A stretch of 64,000 nucleotides of DNA from a virus (taxonomy: Duplodnaviria > Heunggongvirae > Uroviricota > Caudoviricetes): the IMG/VR virus record IMGVR_UViG_3300032070_000001, positions 12,183 to 76,182 of that record. The stretch is one strand, 5' to 3'. Below are positions 37,780 through 47,492 of this stretch, piece by piece. Made by a program: the position numbers and the translations under genes. Position 1 is the stretch's first letter. Every line of letters starts with the position of its first letter. The notes below the pieces were generated by a model. That model worked only from the letters and a program-made list of their open reading frames with translations. It ran no database searches and had not been told where the DNA came from.

Positions 37780-39171
37780 CTAGCCGACCCTCACCCCAAA
37801 CTGGGCAGTATTGATACTATTTACCGCCCACACCGCCGCCGCCACAATACCCTGCACCGTCTGTGTGATTGTAACTGTCGTGCTGCCTCCGACGAGATTC
37901 GTTCCGTCACCGGTCATCAGAGTCACATCAGTGGACCCTAAGAAACCCGTAAACTCAACCACCCAATCCGTTCCAGGACCAGGACCACCCGTGACAGCAA
38001 CATCACCGACCTCGATATTAGACAATGCCTCCAAGGCGCTCTTCACGGTGGCGGCATCGGCGTTGTAGGCAATCGCGGCCGTCGTCTGTCCAGAGTACGT
38101 CAGCGTGAAGGTGCCGCTGGAACTGGCGTCATCAATAGCAACGGTCTGCTGCTCATTCGTGCCCGACGCCGGATCAATCGCATTTACCTGGCGCAATGAT
38201 TTATACGTTGTTGAACTAACCACTTCACCAGCATTCTGCAACCGCGTAGATCCCGACTTGATGACAGTCTTCAACGTAAAGTCCTCGGCATCCGTCTCGC
38301 GAGCATGGGTATTGATCTGAATTCCTGCAATGGCTCCCAGCCCCGAGACCGCCTCATAATCCCACAAGTCGGTGTGATTTGCAGTCGAAGACTCCACGTA
38401 GTCCGTGTCATTGTTGATCGGATTCTCGTCTACGAGAGCATAATGATCGACGCCGGTGCTCGGCGTAAAATCCGTATAGCCAGTGACATCCCCAATCGGG
38501 AAGATCGTGACAACCTTCTGGTTGCCAAGAAAATCGTTGTTCACCGACCCCGAGCCATCCAAGCAATAGAAATCATCCACCATGTGCGCCAACGAGACAG
38601 CGGCGATCTCCCCGATACGAAACGCTGTATGATAATCGTGAGTTCCAGCCTTTGTATTCTCCGAAGGATCGGACAATTTGTTCACTCCGTTGATACGCAC
38701 CTCGTAACTGCCACTAGAACCGCACACGACTTTGAACTCGACGTAATACCAACCGCCGACCGTCAATCCTGCGCCACTCGTTGTCGCCAGAAGAGTGCTG
38801 CCACGATAAACAGCGATCTCGCCAGCCGGCGTGACACGGATATTCATGCCCAAGGTATTCTCATCCATAAAAGCCAGTAAGGTCCCAGTGTTTGGCCATG
38901 ATGGATACTTGACAGCGATGCCCACAACCATCGTGGCATTCGTTGTCAGTGGTGGACTCGTCAAATACTGGGCAGAGGTGCCAAATTCCAGACAATAACC
39001 GCCCAATCGGCCGGCTTCAACATCGAATGAACTCTCAAACGTCACGACGATATACTTACGTGCCAACACGCCAGTCGGAGCCGGCGCACTGCCCGGCGTC
39101 GTTCCGTAAGCATCGAAACCGTCAATCCATAAGAGTGCCATCGCCACACCGCCTTTAGCCACTAAGACCAT
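37780..39171 (-). CDS. tail fibre / receptor-binding-like protein with C-terminal Ig-like module
   Basis: The N-terminal jelly-roll-like domain is only a guess. The C-terminal ~95-aa module [32 protein letters not shown]...VTGGPGPGTDWVVEF is shared at the nucleotide level with 53586..54497. Confidence 0.55.
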   Translation of the reverse strand: MVLVAKGGVAMALLWIDGFDAYGTTPGSAPAPTGVLARKYIVVTFESSFDVEAGRLGGYCLEFGTSAQYLTSPPLTTNATMVVGIAVKYPSWPNTGTLLAFMDENTLGMNIRVTPAGEIAVYRGSTLLATTSGAGLTVGGWYYVEFKVVCGSSGSYEVRINGVNKLSDPSENTKAGTHDYHTAFRIGEIAAVSLAHMVDDFYCLDGSGSVNNDFLGNQKVVTIFPIGDVTGYTDFTPSTGVDHYALVDENPINNDTDYVESSTANHTDLWDYEAVSGLGAIAGIQINTHARETDAEDFTLKTVIKSGSTRLQNAGEVVSSTTYKSLRQVNAIDPASGTNEQQTVAIDDASSSGTFTLTYSGQTTAAIAYNADAATVKSALEALSNIEVGDVAVTGGPGPGTDWVVEFTGFLGSTDVTLMTGDGTNLVGGSTTVTITQTVQGIVAAAVWAVNSINTAQFGVRVG

Positions 39172-39712
39172 AGGTGATCTTCAACACGTCGTCGTCGATG
39201 ACTGGAATCGTCGAGGAAAAAGCGGCTGACGACCACAAAGTCCCCGTCGTGCCACCTTTTGAAGCCGCTCCTGTGCCACCACAGATGAACAATCCCTTGA
39301 CTGTCAAGGTATCGCTAATCGTAAAGTCAGCGGTAACGGCGTTGGTAATCGCCCGCCCCGCCGCCGTGCCTGCTGTCCATTGCGGCCGATTAGCCCCATC
39401 GTAATTCGTCGTTTCGACCCAGCCAGCATGGCTCGACATAATATCGGCATTATTGAATGCCGAGAACCCAGCGTTGTTCACGAGGCCGATGTACCAAGTG
39501 GTAATCGGCGTACCAGCGTGAAACTCTGTCTCCAAGATGTGATTCAAACCCACATCAACGATTCCGTTGGGCACGTCAAACTCCGCCAGCAACTTACCAG
39601 CACGAAAATGCTGCACCTTAAAACACCCAACCGGCCGGAAGGTGTCCCCCACCGCCCGCGGCCTATCACAACGGTACTCGCAGACTTCGCGCAAAGACAC
39701 ACTATCCTGCAT
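39155..39712 (-). CDS. distal tail structural protein (hypothetical)
   Basis: 185 aa, directly after the tape measure protein. Confidence 0.5.
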   Translation of the reverse strand: MQDSVSLREVCEYRCDRPRAVGDTFRPVGCFKVQHFRAGKLLAEFDVPNGIVDVGLNHILETEFHAGTPITTWYIGLVNNAGFSAFNNADIMSSHAGWVETTNYDGANRPQWTAGTAAGRAITNAVTADFTISDTLTVKGLFICGGTGAASKGGTTGTLWSSAAFSSTIPVIDDDVLKITYGLSG

Positions 39713-39735
39713 GATATGCCCCTTCCAGAAAGAAT

Positions 39736-42700
39736 TTAGAACACACTGACCCCGCGCCGAAGTTCCCGTTTTAGGGACTTGATAACTTCGCGTGCGGTCT
39801 GACGAGGCTCGACAGCCTCATTGATGTGAATGTCACCCACCGTGACGTTGGCAACCTGACCTCCCTGCGAACGAAAACTCGGCGCGATGCCCGCGTTCAT
39901 GGCCACAAGCTGACTGTACCAGCGCCTTGTGGCCTGCGCGCTCATCACGAACTCGTTGGGCGCAAGCATAGCAGGCACCATGTCTACGCCGCGAGGGGCA
40001 AAACCACCCCGATCAAAATGCCGAACGGCACCGCCGGCAACAAAGTCGAAGAAGTCCTCCAGTCCGGTGATATCCATCGAAGGAACGTCACCGTCACCGC
40101 CACCGCCACCCGAAGCCGCCGAAGCCGCAGCCGCCGAAGCCGCTGCCGCCCCCTTAGCAGCAACCCGTACATCGCGCCAATAATCAACCAACCGGCGAAC
40201 CGCGTCACCGGTGCCATTCACCGCCCGCGTCTGATCGCCAATGACATCAACAGTATCCGCTGCAATCTCCTCGCCCGCCTTTGCTGCTGTCGTTGTACTC
40301 CTCTCGGCTGTCGTCTTCTGTCCAAGCGCTTGAATCTCGCCCTGAATCGCATCCAGTTCAATCTTGCTCGGCTGTCCTTTCCCGACTTCCACCTCAGCCT
40401 GCTGCTTCTTGAGCAACTCGAAGCGCTTTAGCACCGCGTCACCCATTGTCGAGAGTTCCTCAGTGACCCGAGCCGCCGCGAACCGACCGAATGCCGAGCT
40501 TGCCGCCTTGTCGGCGACACTAAACAGCACGTCAAGCTGCCGCATGTCCTCGGTCGTAATCTTTTCAGCCTCATTCAGCCGTTTAAGCAGCGTGAAGGTG
40601 GCCTCAAGATGCTGTTCCGCCTCCTTCTGAATGCGTTCGGCTGCACCACCCGGCCGATTTGAAGTGTCAAATCTTTCCTGCATCCACTTGTCAAAGGCTC
40701 CCTGCCCGGCCCGTTGATTAGCCTCCAAATCCCTTTGATTCTGCGACTGCTGCAATCCGCGCACTGTAGCACCCGCCAACTTCTTCTCATAGGCGTCTAC
40801 CACTTTCGTAAGGCCATCGGCCAGAAGATCGAGACCCGTAACCTGTTCAATCTTCGCAATCACGGGGGCTTCGAGCCGTATCGCCTTGATACCGGCCTGT
40901 AATTGCTCATTTAGTCTGGCAATCGCCTCGGGAGCGGCTACAAGAGTTTGGATGCTTACGCCCGTCAACTGCCGTTCCAATTCCCGACGCATCGACGCAA
41001 AAGCCCGTGTATCCCCCATGAACGTCTTAGCAAAATCCTCTTTGCCGAATTTTTTCAAGTCGGCAGCGAACTTCTCAATCAAGCCCCCGGACTTTGCCAA
41101 ATCCGCTTCCAACTCCCCGCTCGTCTTCCGCCGCAAATTTCCTTCAGCATCCTTGGCCACCACGCTTAACGTTGCTTCAATGGCCTCGCGTTGCCGCTCT
41201 AACTCAGCATTATGACGCTCGGCCTGGAAGGCACGAGCCTCCAAGTCCTGAGAAAGCTTCTGTTGCAAGAGTGCCTGCGCCTGCAGGGACCCTATGCGCC
41301 GCCCGTCTATCTCATCAAGAAGCGCAAGGGCTTGTCGCTGGAGATTCACATCCTCTGTCTGCCTAGCAAGCTGCTCCGCTTGCTTCGCCAGCCCATCGGC
41401 GCGCCGCCAAGCTGAATCAGCCATCTTCTGCTGGTCAGCATCCTTCGCCCCCGCCTGGATGCTAGCCGCTTGATCCGCAAGTTTTTTGGCCCTCGCGGCG
41501 ACGGCGCGAAATTGCGCCTCTGGATCGTTAAAGCGCTGGATGCTCGTCTGAAATGCCCGATCAGCAATCTCGGCCTGAATTCCGGCAATCTCCCCCGGAA
41601 TCTCCGCGGCCTTCTTTGCCGCCGTCTCAGAGGCCGCAAACAGTTCACTGGTCATTTTCTGGCGCGACTGCATGATGCGGTCAAGCGCCAACTTGGCGAC
41701 CTTCTCCTCGATAGTGATAGCCGCTTTGAAGTTGTCGGCGTCCTGGAAATAGATTTTCTGAGCATCAGCCAAATAACGCCGTAGACCGCGTACAATCTCC
41801 TCGTTCTTCCGATCAGCCTCCCGAATAGCGGCAGCCGTCTTTTCCTGATTAGCTTTGATGTCCAGGTCACGCTCTTCCCGCAATGCAGTCTGCGCAGCTC
41901 CCGCCCGCTGCCCGAGCCAATTGCCGAGCAACTGGCCGAACGACTGAGCAAGTGGGATTCCAACAATTGCGAGCAAGCCCGCGCGCACACCCGTGATAGC
42001 GGTTCCCGCCAACGCAGCCTGCATCTTCATGGCCGCAAAAGCTAAGCCAACTAACCCAAGGCCCGCCGCACTCGCTACCACCGAGCCAAGTTGCCCGACA
42101 ACGATTCGCAAAACAGGCACCAGACCACCGGATCCACCAAGGGCATCAACGATTCCAAGAATCGAATGCACGGCATCCCGCCCAAATTCCGTCTTGAAAT
42201 AGTTGCTAATGCGATTGAGTTCGGCCGTCAATCGCTCGGCATCAGTCGAAGTAAACTCCGTGACCTTCTTGCGCAAAGTGTCCACGTCCACTTGACGCAG
42301 TTTGTCCATCGCCTCCTTGTATTTCTCCGCACCGCTACCTGCCAATCGCAAGGCACCCGGCAGAGCACGGGTGTTCGGAAACAACTTCGCGATGGAATTA
42401 GCTGCACCGTCTGTCGTGCTAATGACTTGCTGCAAAGCCCCTTGGAAGCCCCACGTCTGAACCGCAGCCTGCCCGGACTCAACCCTAAGACTCTGGAACG
42501 CCGCTTTCATACCATCCGAAGGCTTCAGAAGTGCCGCCATCATGCTGCGCAGTTGTGTAGCGGCCTCACTCGCCTTCACACCGCCAATCGTAATGGCAAT
42601 CAAAGACGCATCCAGTTCCTCCATGCTCAATCCAAGTTCATGCGCAATACCCTGAGTCCGACTCAAAGCGGCCCCCAACTCCTCCGTCCGCAGCCGGCCT

Positions 42701-43602
42701 AAGTCAATCGTGAGGTTGAACTGCGCCGCGCGCAACCCCGCCATATCCGACGACTCACCGTAGGCATTCAATGCCCCGGTCAACAGTTGCACGGATGCAG
42801 ATAGGTCTTGAACCGTGACCTTGGCTAACATATTAGCGGCCATAAGAATGTTCGCCCGATCTGCTGCCGTGACGAACTGGTCAGAAAGCGTCTGATACTG
42901 GGCCTCTGCCACACGCGAAAGAGGCTGATTGAAGGCATCCGACAATTTCCGAACATCGTCTGCAATCGCACCGAACGTGCGGCTTGGATCAAGCGCCCGA
43001 ATCTCACCGATACGCTTTGAAAAATCCAGAAAACCGCCAATGGCTTCTTTGATACCATCGCGCAAGGCACTTATTGTGCGAACAATCGCCTGAGTCACGA
43101 CCACCCTGGTCAGCGTCTCCCAACTAATCGCGAATCCCTGGGCTGCTTTCCCGGCATCGTCAAGCTTCTGACGCGCCTGTTCAAGCGCCCGCGTATGCGT
43201 GTCCTGACTAATCGCGCCTTTCTGATTCAACGCATCGAGGCGGGCGACTTGAGTAGTGTACTGCTCCAGCGGAGTGCGCGTCTGGTCAAAGATGTGAGCC
43301 GCCTCCTGAGCATCCTTTGACATCTTCGCCGCACCGCTCGCGCCAACGCCTGCACCCGCACCTGCGCCTGATACATTGGCGCTTCCCAATTTGTTTAGCG
43401 AAGCCAAGGTCGCATCCGCTTGGGCAGCCATCTGCTTCAACGCTGACACGACGCTTCCGGCCTCTTTGTTGAAAGAGTCGAAACGGGAGGTAATAGTCGT
43501 CAGTTGCGATCCAAAGGAATTGAACGCCTTATCCAGGCGCGCTAACTCATCAAGCGCCTGGGTGGCATTGAACTCAAGGCTTTGGCGAATGTCGTCAGGC
43601 AT
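39736..43602 (-). CDS. tail tape measure protein
   Basis: 1288 aa, dominated by coiled-coil/Ala-rich segments, and placed after the frameshifted chaperone pair. Confidence 0.8.
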   Translation of the reverse strand: MPDDIRQSLEFNATQALDELARLDKAFNSFGSQLTTITSRFDSFNKEAGSVVSALKQMAAQADATLASLNKLGSANVSGAGAGAGVGASGAAKMSKDAQEAAHIFDQTRTPLEQYTTQVARLDALNQKGAISQDTHTRALEQARQKLDDAGKAAQGFAISWETLTRVVVTQAIVRTISALRDGIKEAIGGFLDFSKRIGEIRALDPSRTFGAIADDVRKLSDAFNQPLSRVAEAQYQTLSDQFVTAADRANILMAANMLAKVTVQDLSASVQLLTGALNAYGESSDMAGLRAAQFNLTIDLGRLRTEELGAALSRTQGIAHELGLSMEELDASLIAITIGGVKASEAATQLRSMMAALLKPSDGMKAAFQSLRVESGQAAVQTWGFQGALQQVISTTDGAANSIAKLFPNTRALPGALRLAGSGAEKYKEAMDKLRQVDVDTLRKKVTEFTSTDAERLTAELNRISNYFKTEFGRDAVHSILGIVDALGGSGGLVPVLRIVVGQLGSVVASAAGLGLVGLAFAAMKMQAALAGTAITGVRAGLLAIVGIPLAQSFGQLLGNWLGQRAGAAQTALREERDLDIKANQEKTAAAIREADRKNEEIVRGLRRYLADAQKIYFQDADNFKAAITIEEKVAKLALDRIMQSRQKMTSELFAASETAAKKAAEIPGEIAGIQAEIADRAFQTSIQRFNDPEAQFRAVAARAKKLADQAASIQAGAKDADQQKMADSAWRRADGLAKQAEQLARQTEDVNLQRQALALLDEIDGRRIGSLQAQALLQQKLSQDLEARAFQAERHNAELERQREAIEATLSVVAKDAEGNLRRKTSGELEADLAKSGGLIEKFAADLKKFGKEDFAKTFMGDTRAFASMRRELERQLTGVSIQTLVAAPEAIARLNEQLQAGIKAIRLEAPVIAKIEQVTGLDLLADGLTKVVDAYEKKLAGATVRGLQQSQNQRDLEANQRAGQGAFDKWMQERFDTSNRPGGAAERIQKEAEQHLEATFTLLKRLNEAEKITTEDMRQLDVLFSVADKAASSAFGRFAAARVTEELSTMGDAVLKRFELLKKQQAEVEVGKGQPSKIELDAIQGEIQALGQKTTAERSTTTAAKAGEEIAADTVDVIGDQTRAVNGTGDAVRRLVDYWRDVRVAAKGAAAASAAAASAASGGGGGDGDVPSMDITGLEDFFDFVAGGAVRHFDRGGFAPRGVDMVPAMLAPNEFVMSAQATRRWYSQLVAMNAGIAPSFRSQGGQVANVTVGDIHINEAVEPRQTAREVIKSLKRELRRGVSVF

Positions 43603-43614
43603 CCCGTAACCTCG

Positions 43615-44139
43615 CTATCCTGCACGCACGATTGTCGTAGTCAAAATGGCATCCCAACCCGGCAACTGAACCTTGGCGGCCACCTCTTCAAAAGCTCTAG
43701 CACCCGCTTCCTGGAAGTGATAGGGACCTGGATTCGTCAGATGAAAATACGGCAGGCCAGTGTGAGGATTGATGAAGGTATTAGCGTTGTAATACTCATT
43801 GATGATGAGATGCGGCAGCATCGTGCTGTAGATGAAGCGATAAAGGCCGGGTATCTCCCCCGCTGTCCACGTTCCCGTACCGTTGGCGATCCCCAAGTCA
43901 ATTCGATTTGGGGCCCCAACCGCAGGCGTACACGACAAGACGAAGTTCACATAACTCGCCAGAGGTGAGAATGTGGCCCGCGATGCCCCGCTCCACACTG
44001 GCACGAGATCGACGGCCGTGGCTTGAAGCCATTGTCGCGTGGCATCCGTCAAGGCCGTCACGAGCCGCTCATGAAGAGCGGCTCGAAAACGATTCCAATC
44101 GACCCGTGGAACTTGAAACACCGCGGACAGCCGCATCAT
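43615..44139 (-). CDS. hypothetical protein between the GT chaperone and the tape measure
   Basis: The start is taken at the ATGATG (44134-44139) that follows the TAA of the -1 frame. The tabulated start at 44196 would overlap the T extension. Confidence 0.45.
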   Translation of the reverse strand: MMRLSAVFQVPRVDWNRFRAALHERLVTALTDATRQWLQATAVDLVPVWSGASRATFSPLASYVNFVLSCTPAVGAPNRIDLGIANGTGTWTAGEIPGLYRFIYSTMLPHLIINEYYNANTFINPHTGLPYFHLTNPGPYHFQEAGARAFEEVAAKVQLPGWDAILTTTIVRAG

Positions 44140-44343
44140 TACCTCATTAGGGCAAACGCACCCCTGCCAAGGCCGCCGCCGCAATCTCCTCGTCATGGCT
44201 CATTGTCTGATCGAACGCCACGATCAAGGCTTGCGTAAAGACACCGCAGTCGTCCCAGCTTGATGGTACATCCGGCGGCCGAATACCCAGCCGAACACAC
44301 GCCTTCCAGATGGCGAACTCCCCTGTGCGGTATTCCGGCCAGA

Positions 44344-44814
44344 CTACGTGGTTGGTCCCTGCGGCGGACCTTGTAGAAAAAACGACCGCGCCTTCTGGAG
44401 TTTAGCCTCATCAAGGCAATTGGCCTCGAAGACCAACGCCAGGATTCGGTTGCACTCAACCTGAGACAACCCGCCGGCCTTTAAGTCGGCCTCCCAGTTG
44501 ATCCAGGTCGCGGGATTTTCCAACTTCACGGTGTCCCATTCGATCTGGCTCGGTTCCAAAGAGTGGACAACCATGTACGCCAACCGCCGCTTGTTGTACT
44601 CGGTCAGGACACTCTTGTAGCCAGCATCCTCGGTATCCGGCACCCAACCATCCTTGGTCAGTTTGCCTGGAGGAGCCGGTTCGGGGCTGAGACTCTTGAA
44701 CTCCTCCATGTTCTCCAATCCGCGGGCGCGAATGACGATCCGCTGATCGCCGCGCGGCAGAACAAGCACTTCCTCCGCCGGTAAGGATTTCGGGTCGATT
44801 CCACCGATTTTCAT
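44344..44814 (-). CDS. tail assembly chaperone (G-like); a -1 frameshift would extend it to 44147 (GT-like)
   Basis: 156-aa acidic protein upstream of the tape measure. The -1 frame opens 6 codons before a T6 slippery run, has no start codon, and reads VVWPEYRTGEFAIWKACVRLGIRPPDVPSSWDDCGVFTQALIVAFDQTMSHDEEIAAAALAGVRLP, ending at TAA 44147-44149. Confidence 0.6.
   Translation of the reverse strand: MKIGGIDPKSLPAEEVLVLPRGDQRIVIRARGLENMEEFKSLSPEPAPPGKLTKDGWVPDTEDAGYKSVLTEYNKRRLAYMVVHSLEPSQIEWDTVKLENPATWINWEADLKAGGLSQVECNRILALVFEANCLDEAKLQKARSFFLQGPPQGPTT
44374..44383 (-). promoter_or_regulatory. candidate -1 programmed ribosomal frameshift site (G TTT TTT C)
   Basis: cgg tcg ttt ttt cta. The alternative frame is stop-delimited 18 nt upstream. 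Confidence 0.45.
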
Positions 44815-44948
44815 GTTGGTTCTCTTGTTGAAGCTCTTGTTAAAGGAAAAGAAAGAGACGGTGCCGGCAGCACTGCCGGCACCGCTTGACTGACCATGTA
44901 GACCAGCCTAACCGGCCTCAAGGCCGGGGAGTCGTCTTACGAGTAGTG

Positions 44949-46067
44949 TCACCCGCGGATGATTTCCGGTTCAGTCACGTTGCACTTGCCAGTGACCGCA
45001 ATCGTCGCACCCTTGATGTCGTAGTCCCGCTTCTCGCTGCGAAAATCCGGAAACGTCCACGTTTCCGATTGCCCAACGCAAGGCGGCACATATTCCACCA
45101 CGACATCCACGGCATACGGTTCGCAGGCATCGACGGACGAAGTAATCCACTCGGCTGCCCCGCCGATTCCCTTCACAGCGTCAACAGGGGTGATGACGTT
45201 ATCCGTTCCCGTTTTGACGTGCTCAAACGTGAAGTTCATATTCACGTCCATAGGCGTCTCGTCACCTTCACGCACAGTATCCAGAACCCCACGATCCTTA
45301 TCGTAGGTGTAGGCGTTCGCCTCGGAATACTTGAGGTCCCCATCACCGATCTTGACCTCAATCTGCTGCGGCAGGAAGGTAATAACAGCATCGGTGCTGT
45401 AACTACCGGGACCGAGCGGTGTATTGATGAATGTGATCGCCGTGGTGACAGCAGACGTAGCCGGCAAGGCTCCTCCCTGTGTCGTGACAACCGTAATCTC
45501 CGTCGTCGGCGTCAGGCTTGTACCATTGGCCACAATAAGAGCTTGAGGCTGGAAACCAAGAGCACCCTTGAACTCGACCACCCACGGGCTTCCATCATGC
45601 GTCACGTCCCAGTCATCCACGGTGTAGCCGTCATCCAACGCCACCAAAGCTGTCTTGAGAGTAGCCGCCGTGATATCAAAAGCCAAGGCCGAAGTCGTAT
45701 GGCCACCCCACGTCAAGGTAAAGGTGCCACCTGTTGCCGAAGTCGTAATCGTCTGTTTCGCATTTGCACCGGCACCGCCTTGCGTGCGGCCAGTCACGAT
45801 ATGAACAGCATCCGGGTCCGTCTCACCGGCGATGGTGAAACGCGCACCTAACGGAATCTTCTGTGTGAACCCACCAACCGCCGGTGGAATACTCACACTT
45901 GTCACAAGGCAACCGGAGTCATTCTCGACCACCGGAGCCGGCACTGCCGTTTTATTCCCAACGGCCGTGCAAGGATAGACAGCAGGGTTAGCCCCCAGGC
46001 CGTCCTTAATGTAAATCGTGCAGTTCTTCAGTTCGATTCTCGCCATGTGTTTGTCTCCACTTGGCAA
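44949..46067 (-). CDS. major tail protein with Ig-like module
   Basis: 372 aa, position before the chaperones. Internal module GGTFTLTWGGHTTSALAFDITAATLKTALVAL...WVVEFKG. Start probably at M8. Confidence 0.55.
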   Translation of the reverse strand: MPSGDKHMARIELKNCTIYIKDGLGANPAVYPCTAVGNKTAVPAPVVENDSGCLVTSVSIPPAVGGFTQKIPLGARFTIAGETDPDAVHIVTGRTQGGAGANAKQTITTSATGGTFTLTWGGHTTSALAFDITAATLKTALVALDDGYTVDDWDVTHDGSPWVVEFKGALGFQPQALIVANGTSLTPTTEITVVTTQGGALPATSAVTTAITFINTPLGPGSYSTDAVITFLPQQIEVKIGDGDLKYSEANAYTYDKDRGVLDTVREGDETPMDVNMNFTFEHVKTGTDNVITPVDAVKGIGGAAEWITSSVDACEPYAVDVVVEYVPPCVGQSETWTFPDFRSEKRDYDIKGATIAVTGKCNVTEPEIIRG

Positions 46068-46071
46068 AGGG

Positions 46072-46578
46072 TCAGTCTTCAGTCAACTCCATCATGTACC
46101 GAGCGTCCACTTCCGTTTGTTTGATCTTGTCCACTAGGGCAATTTGCCCGAAATTCAAGACCCGCACTAACGAGTTGCGCCCCGGCCTCGGTACGAGGCA
46201 ACCAAGAAAGTGCTGCGTTGTCGGATCGCCTTCAACGTAATCCCCCGGCTCCGAGCCGAAATTCCATACCCCAATCGGCAAATCCATCGCCGCCTGAAAT
46301 GCCCCGGCGTGCTTCAGAATGCTGTAGGCATCCGATCCATCGTAACGGCTCGTCAGGAGGACGTTGACATCGACGAATACCTGCCAATAACCTCGACTCA
46401 ACTCCTGAATGAACGGCCCCGTGATACGAATCTCCGCCCGGTCACTAGCTTGCATGAAGGCTTCCGTCCGCTCATCCAAATGTTCAACTAGTACGGGAAG
46501 CTGCCGCTCTGTTGCCACCGATTTTAGGTAATCAGCCACCGAGGCAAATATCCAACGGGCCCAGTCCTTTAGTGCCAT
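46072..46578 (-). CDS. head-tail joining / tail completion protein (hypothetical)
   Basis: 168 aa between the capsid and major tail genes. Confidence 0.5.
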   Translation of the reverse strand: MALKDWARWIFASVADYLKSVATERQLPVLVEHLDERTEAFMQASDRAEIRITGPFIQELSRGYWQVFVDVNVLLTSRYDGSDAYSILKHAGAFQAAMDLPIGVWNFGSEPGDYVEGDPTTQHFLGCLVPRPGRNSLVRVLNFGQIALVDKIKQTEVDARYMMELTED

Positions 46579-46581
46579 GAC

Positions 46582-47088
46582 TTAGACTCCTGCCTCAACC
46601 GATGCCACCAGATTCAAGTTGTCATCCACCTGCACGGAAAATGCTTGAGACGGTTTCTCTCCGACCAGTTCCTTTGCCGTTATGATCCATGCGACATCGA
46701 ACTCGAACGCCTCCACTTCGGCAACTTGATACTTGCGTCCGCTGTAGACGATCCAATCGTCCGCCGTGAGCCCCGACAAAACAGGCACGTCCCGACGCTC
46801 GATGATGAAGTCCCGTTCTTGAGCGTCATACGTGCCACCCATCACCAGAGTCTTGTTGACCGAGATGAGAGAGATTCCGCGAACTGCCTTCCGAGCGGTG
46901 TGCCCCGGCAGAATCACAGCCCGTAGAATGCGTGTTACTTGGACAGTCTGCTGCTTTTGGCCCGTGCGAACATCCGTCTGCGAATCCAGCAGTTTGTGTA
47001 CGTCGATCATGCCGCCATACTGGCGCTTCAGCGCATACAGGACGCGCCGAATCTGCAGGTTCAAGTTGTAGCTGGCGGGGTACGTCAT
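46582..47088 (-). CDS. head-tail connector / head closure protein (hypothetical)
   Basis: 168 aa. Confidence 0.5.
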   Translation of the reverse strand: MTYPASYNLNLQIRRVLYALKRQYGGMIDVHKLLDSQTDVRTGQKQQTVQVTRILRAVILPGHTARKAVRGISLISVNKTLVMGGTYDAQERDFIIERRDVPVLSGLTADDWIVYSGRKYQVAEVEAFEFDVAWIITAKELVGEKPSQAFSVQVDDNLNLVASVEAGV

Positions 47089-47101
47089 AGCAGCACGCCA
47101 A

Positions 47102-47422
47102 CTACGATTGAGGACACTTGTTCCGAAGAGGACACTCGAATCGCCCGTCCATAGCTTTCTCCAATCGCTCCATCATCAACGTGTTCTGAGCGATCACGTC
47201 AGCGCACCGTTCCACCAGCGGCATGAGAACCTTCCGCTGTCCGTCTTCCAGAGTCTCGATGCGCTTCGTCATGCGGCATTCACGGACCCAACCCTGCCAG
47301 AGGAAGAAGGCTGTAACCAGAATCAACGGGCCGTACTGTTTGAGAAGGACAACCATGTCCATAAACGTATCACCGGCTGCCTGCGCAAAGAGCAAGTCCA
47401 TAAGGCATCTCCATTCACCCAT
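47102..47422 (-). CDS. small protein with one TM helix
   Basis: GPLILVTAFFLWQGW is hydrophobic. 106 aa. Confidence 0.45.
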   Translation of the reverse strand: MGEWRCLMDLLFAQAAGDTFMDMVVLLKQYGPLILVTAFFLWQGWVRECRMTKRIETLEDGQRKVLMPLVERCADVIAQNTLMMERLEKAMDGRFECPLRNKCPQS

Positions 47423-47442
47423 AAACTGGGTTAAGAAAGGTC

Positions 47443-47469
47443 ACCTGTCCGGGTTCATCCCGGACAGGT
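47443..47469 (-). terminator. intrinsic terminator after the capsid gene
   Basis: 11-bp perfect stem acctgtccggg/cccggacaggt with loop ttcat, followed on the minus strand by CCUUUCUUAAC. Confidence 0.55.
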
Positions 47470-47492
47470 AACCAGAACTCACTCAGGCAAGA

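Noticed and set aside
44193-44459. 88-aa ORF in the +1 frame of the chaperone region
   Set aside because: Its translation (RFFYKVRRRDQPRSLAGIPHRG...) is not protein-like. The -1 frame is the one that opens at the slippery site and reads like protein.
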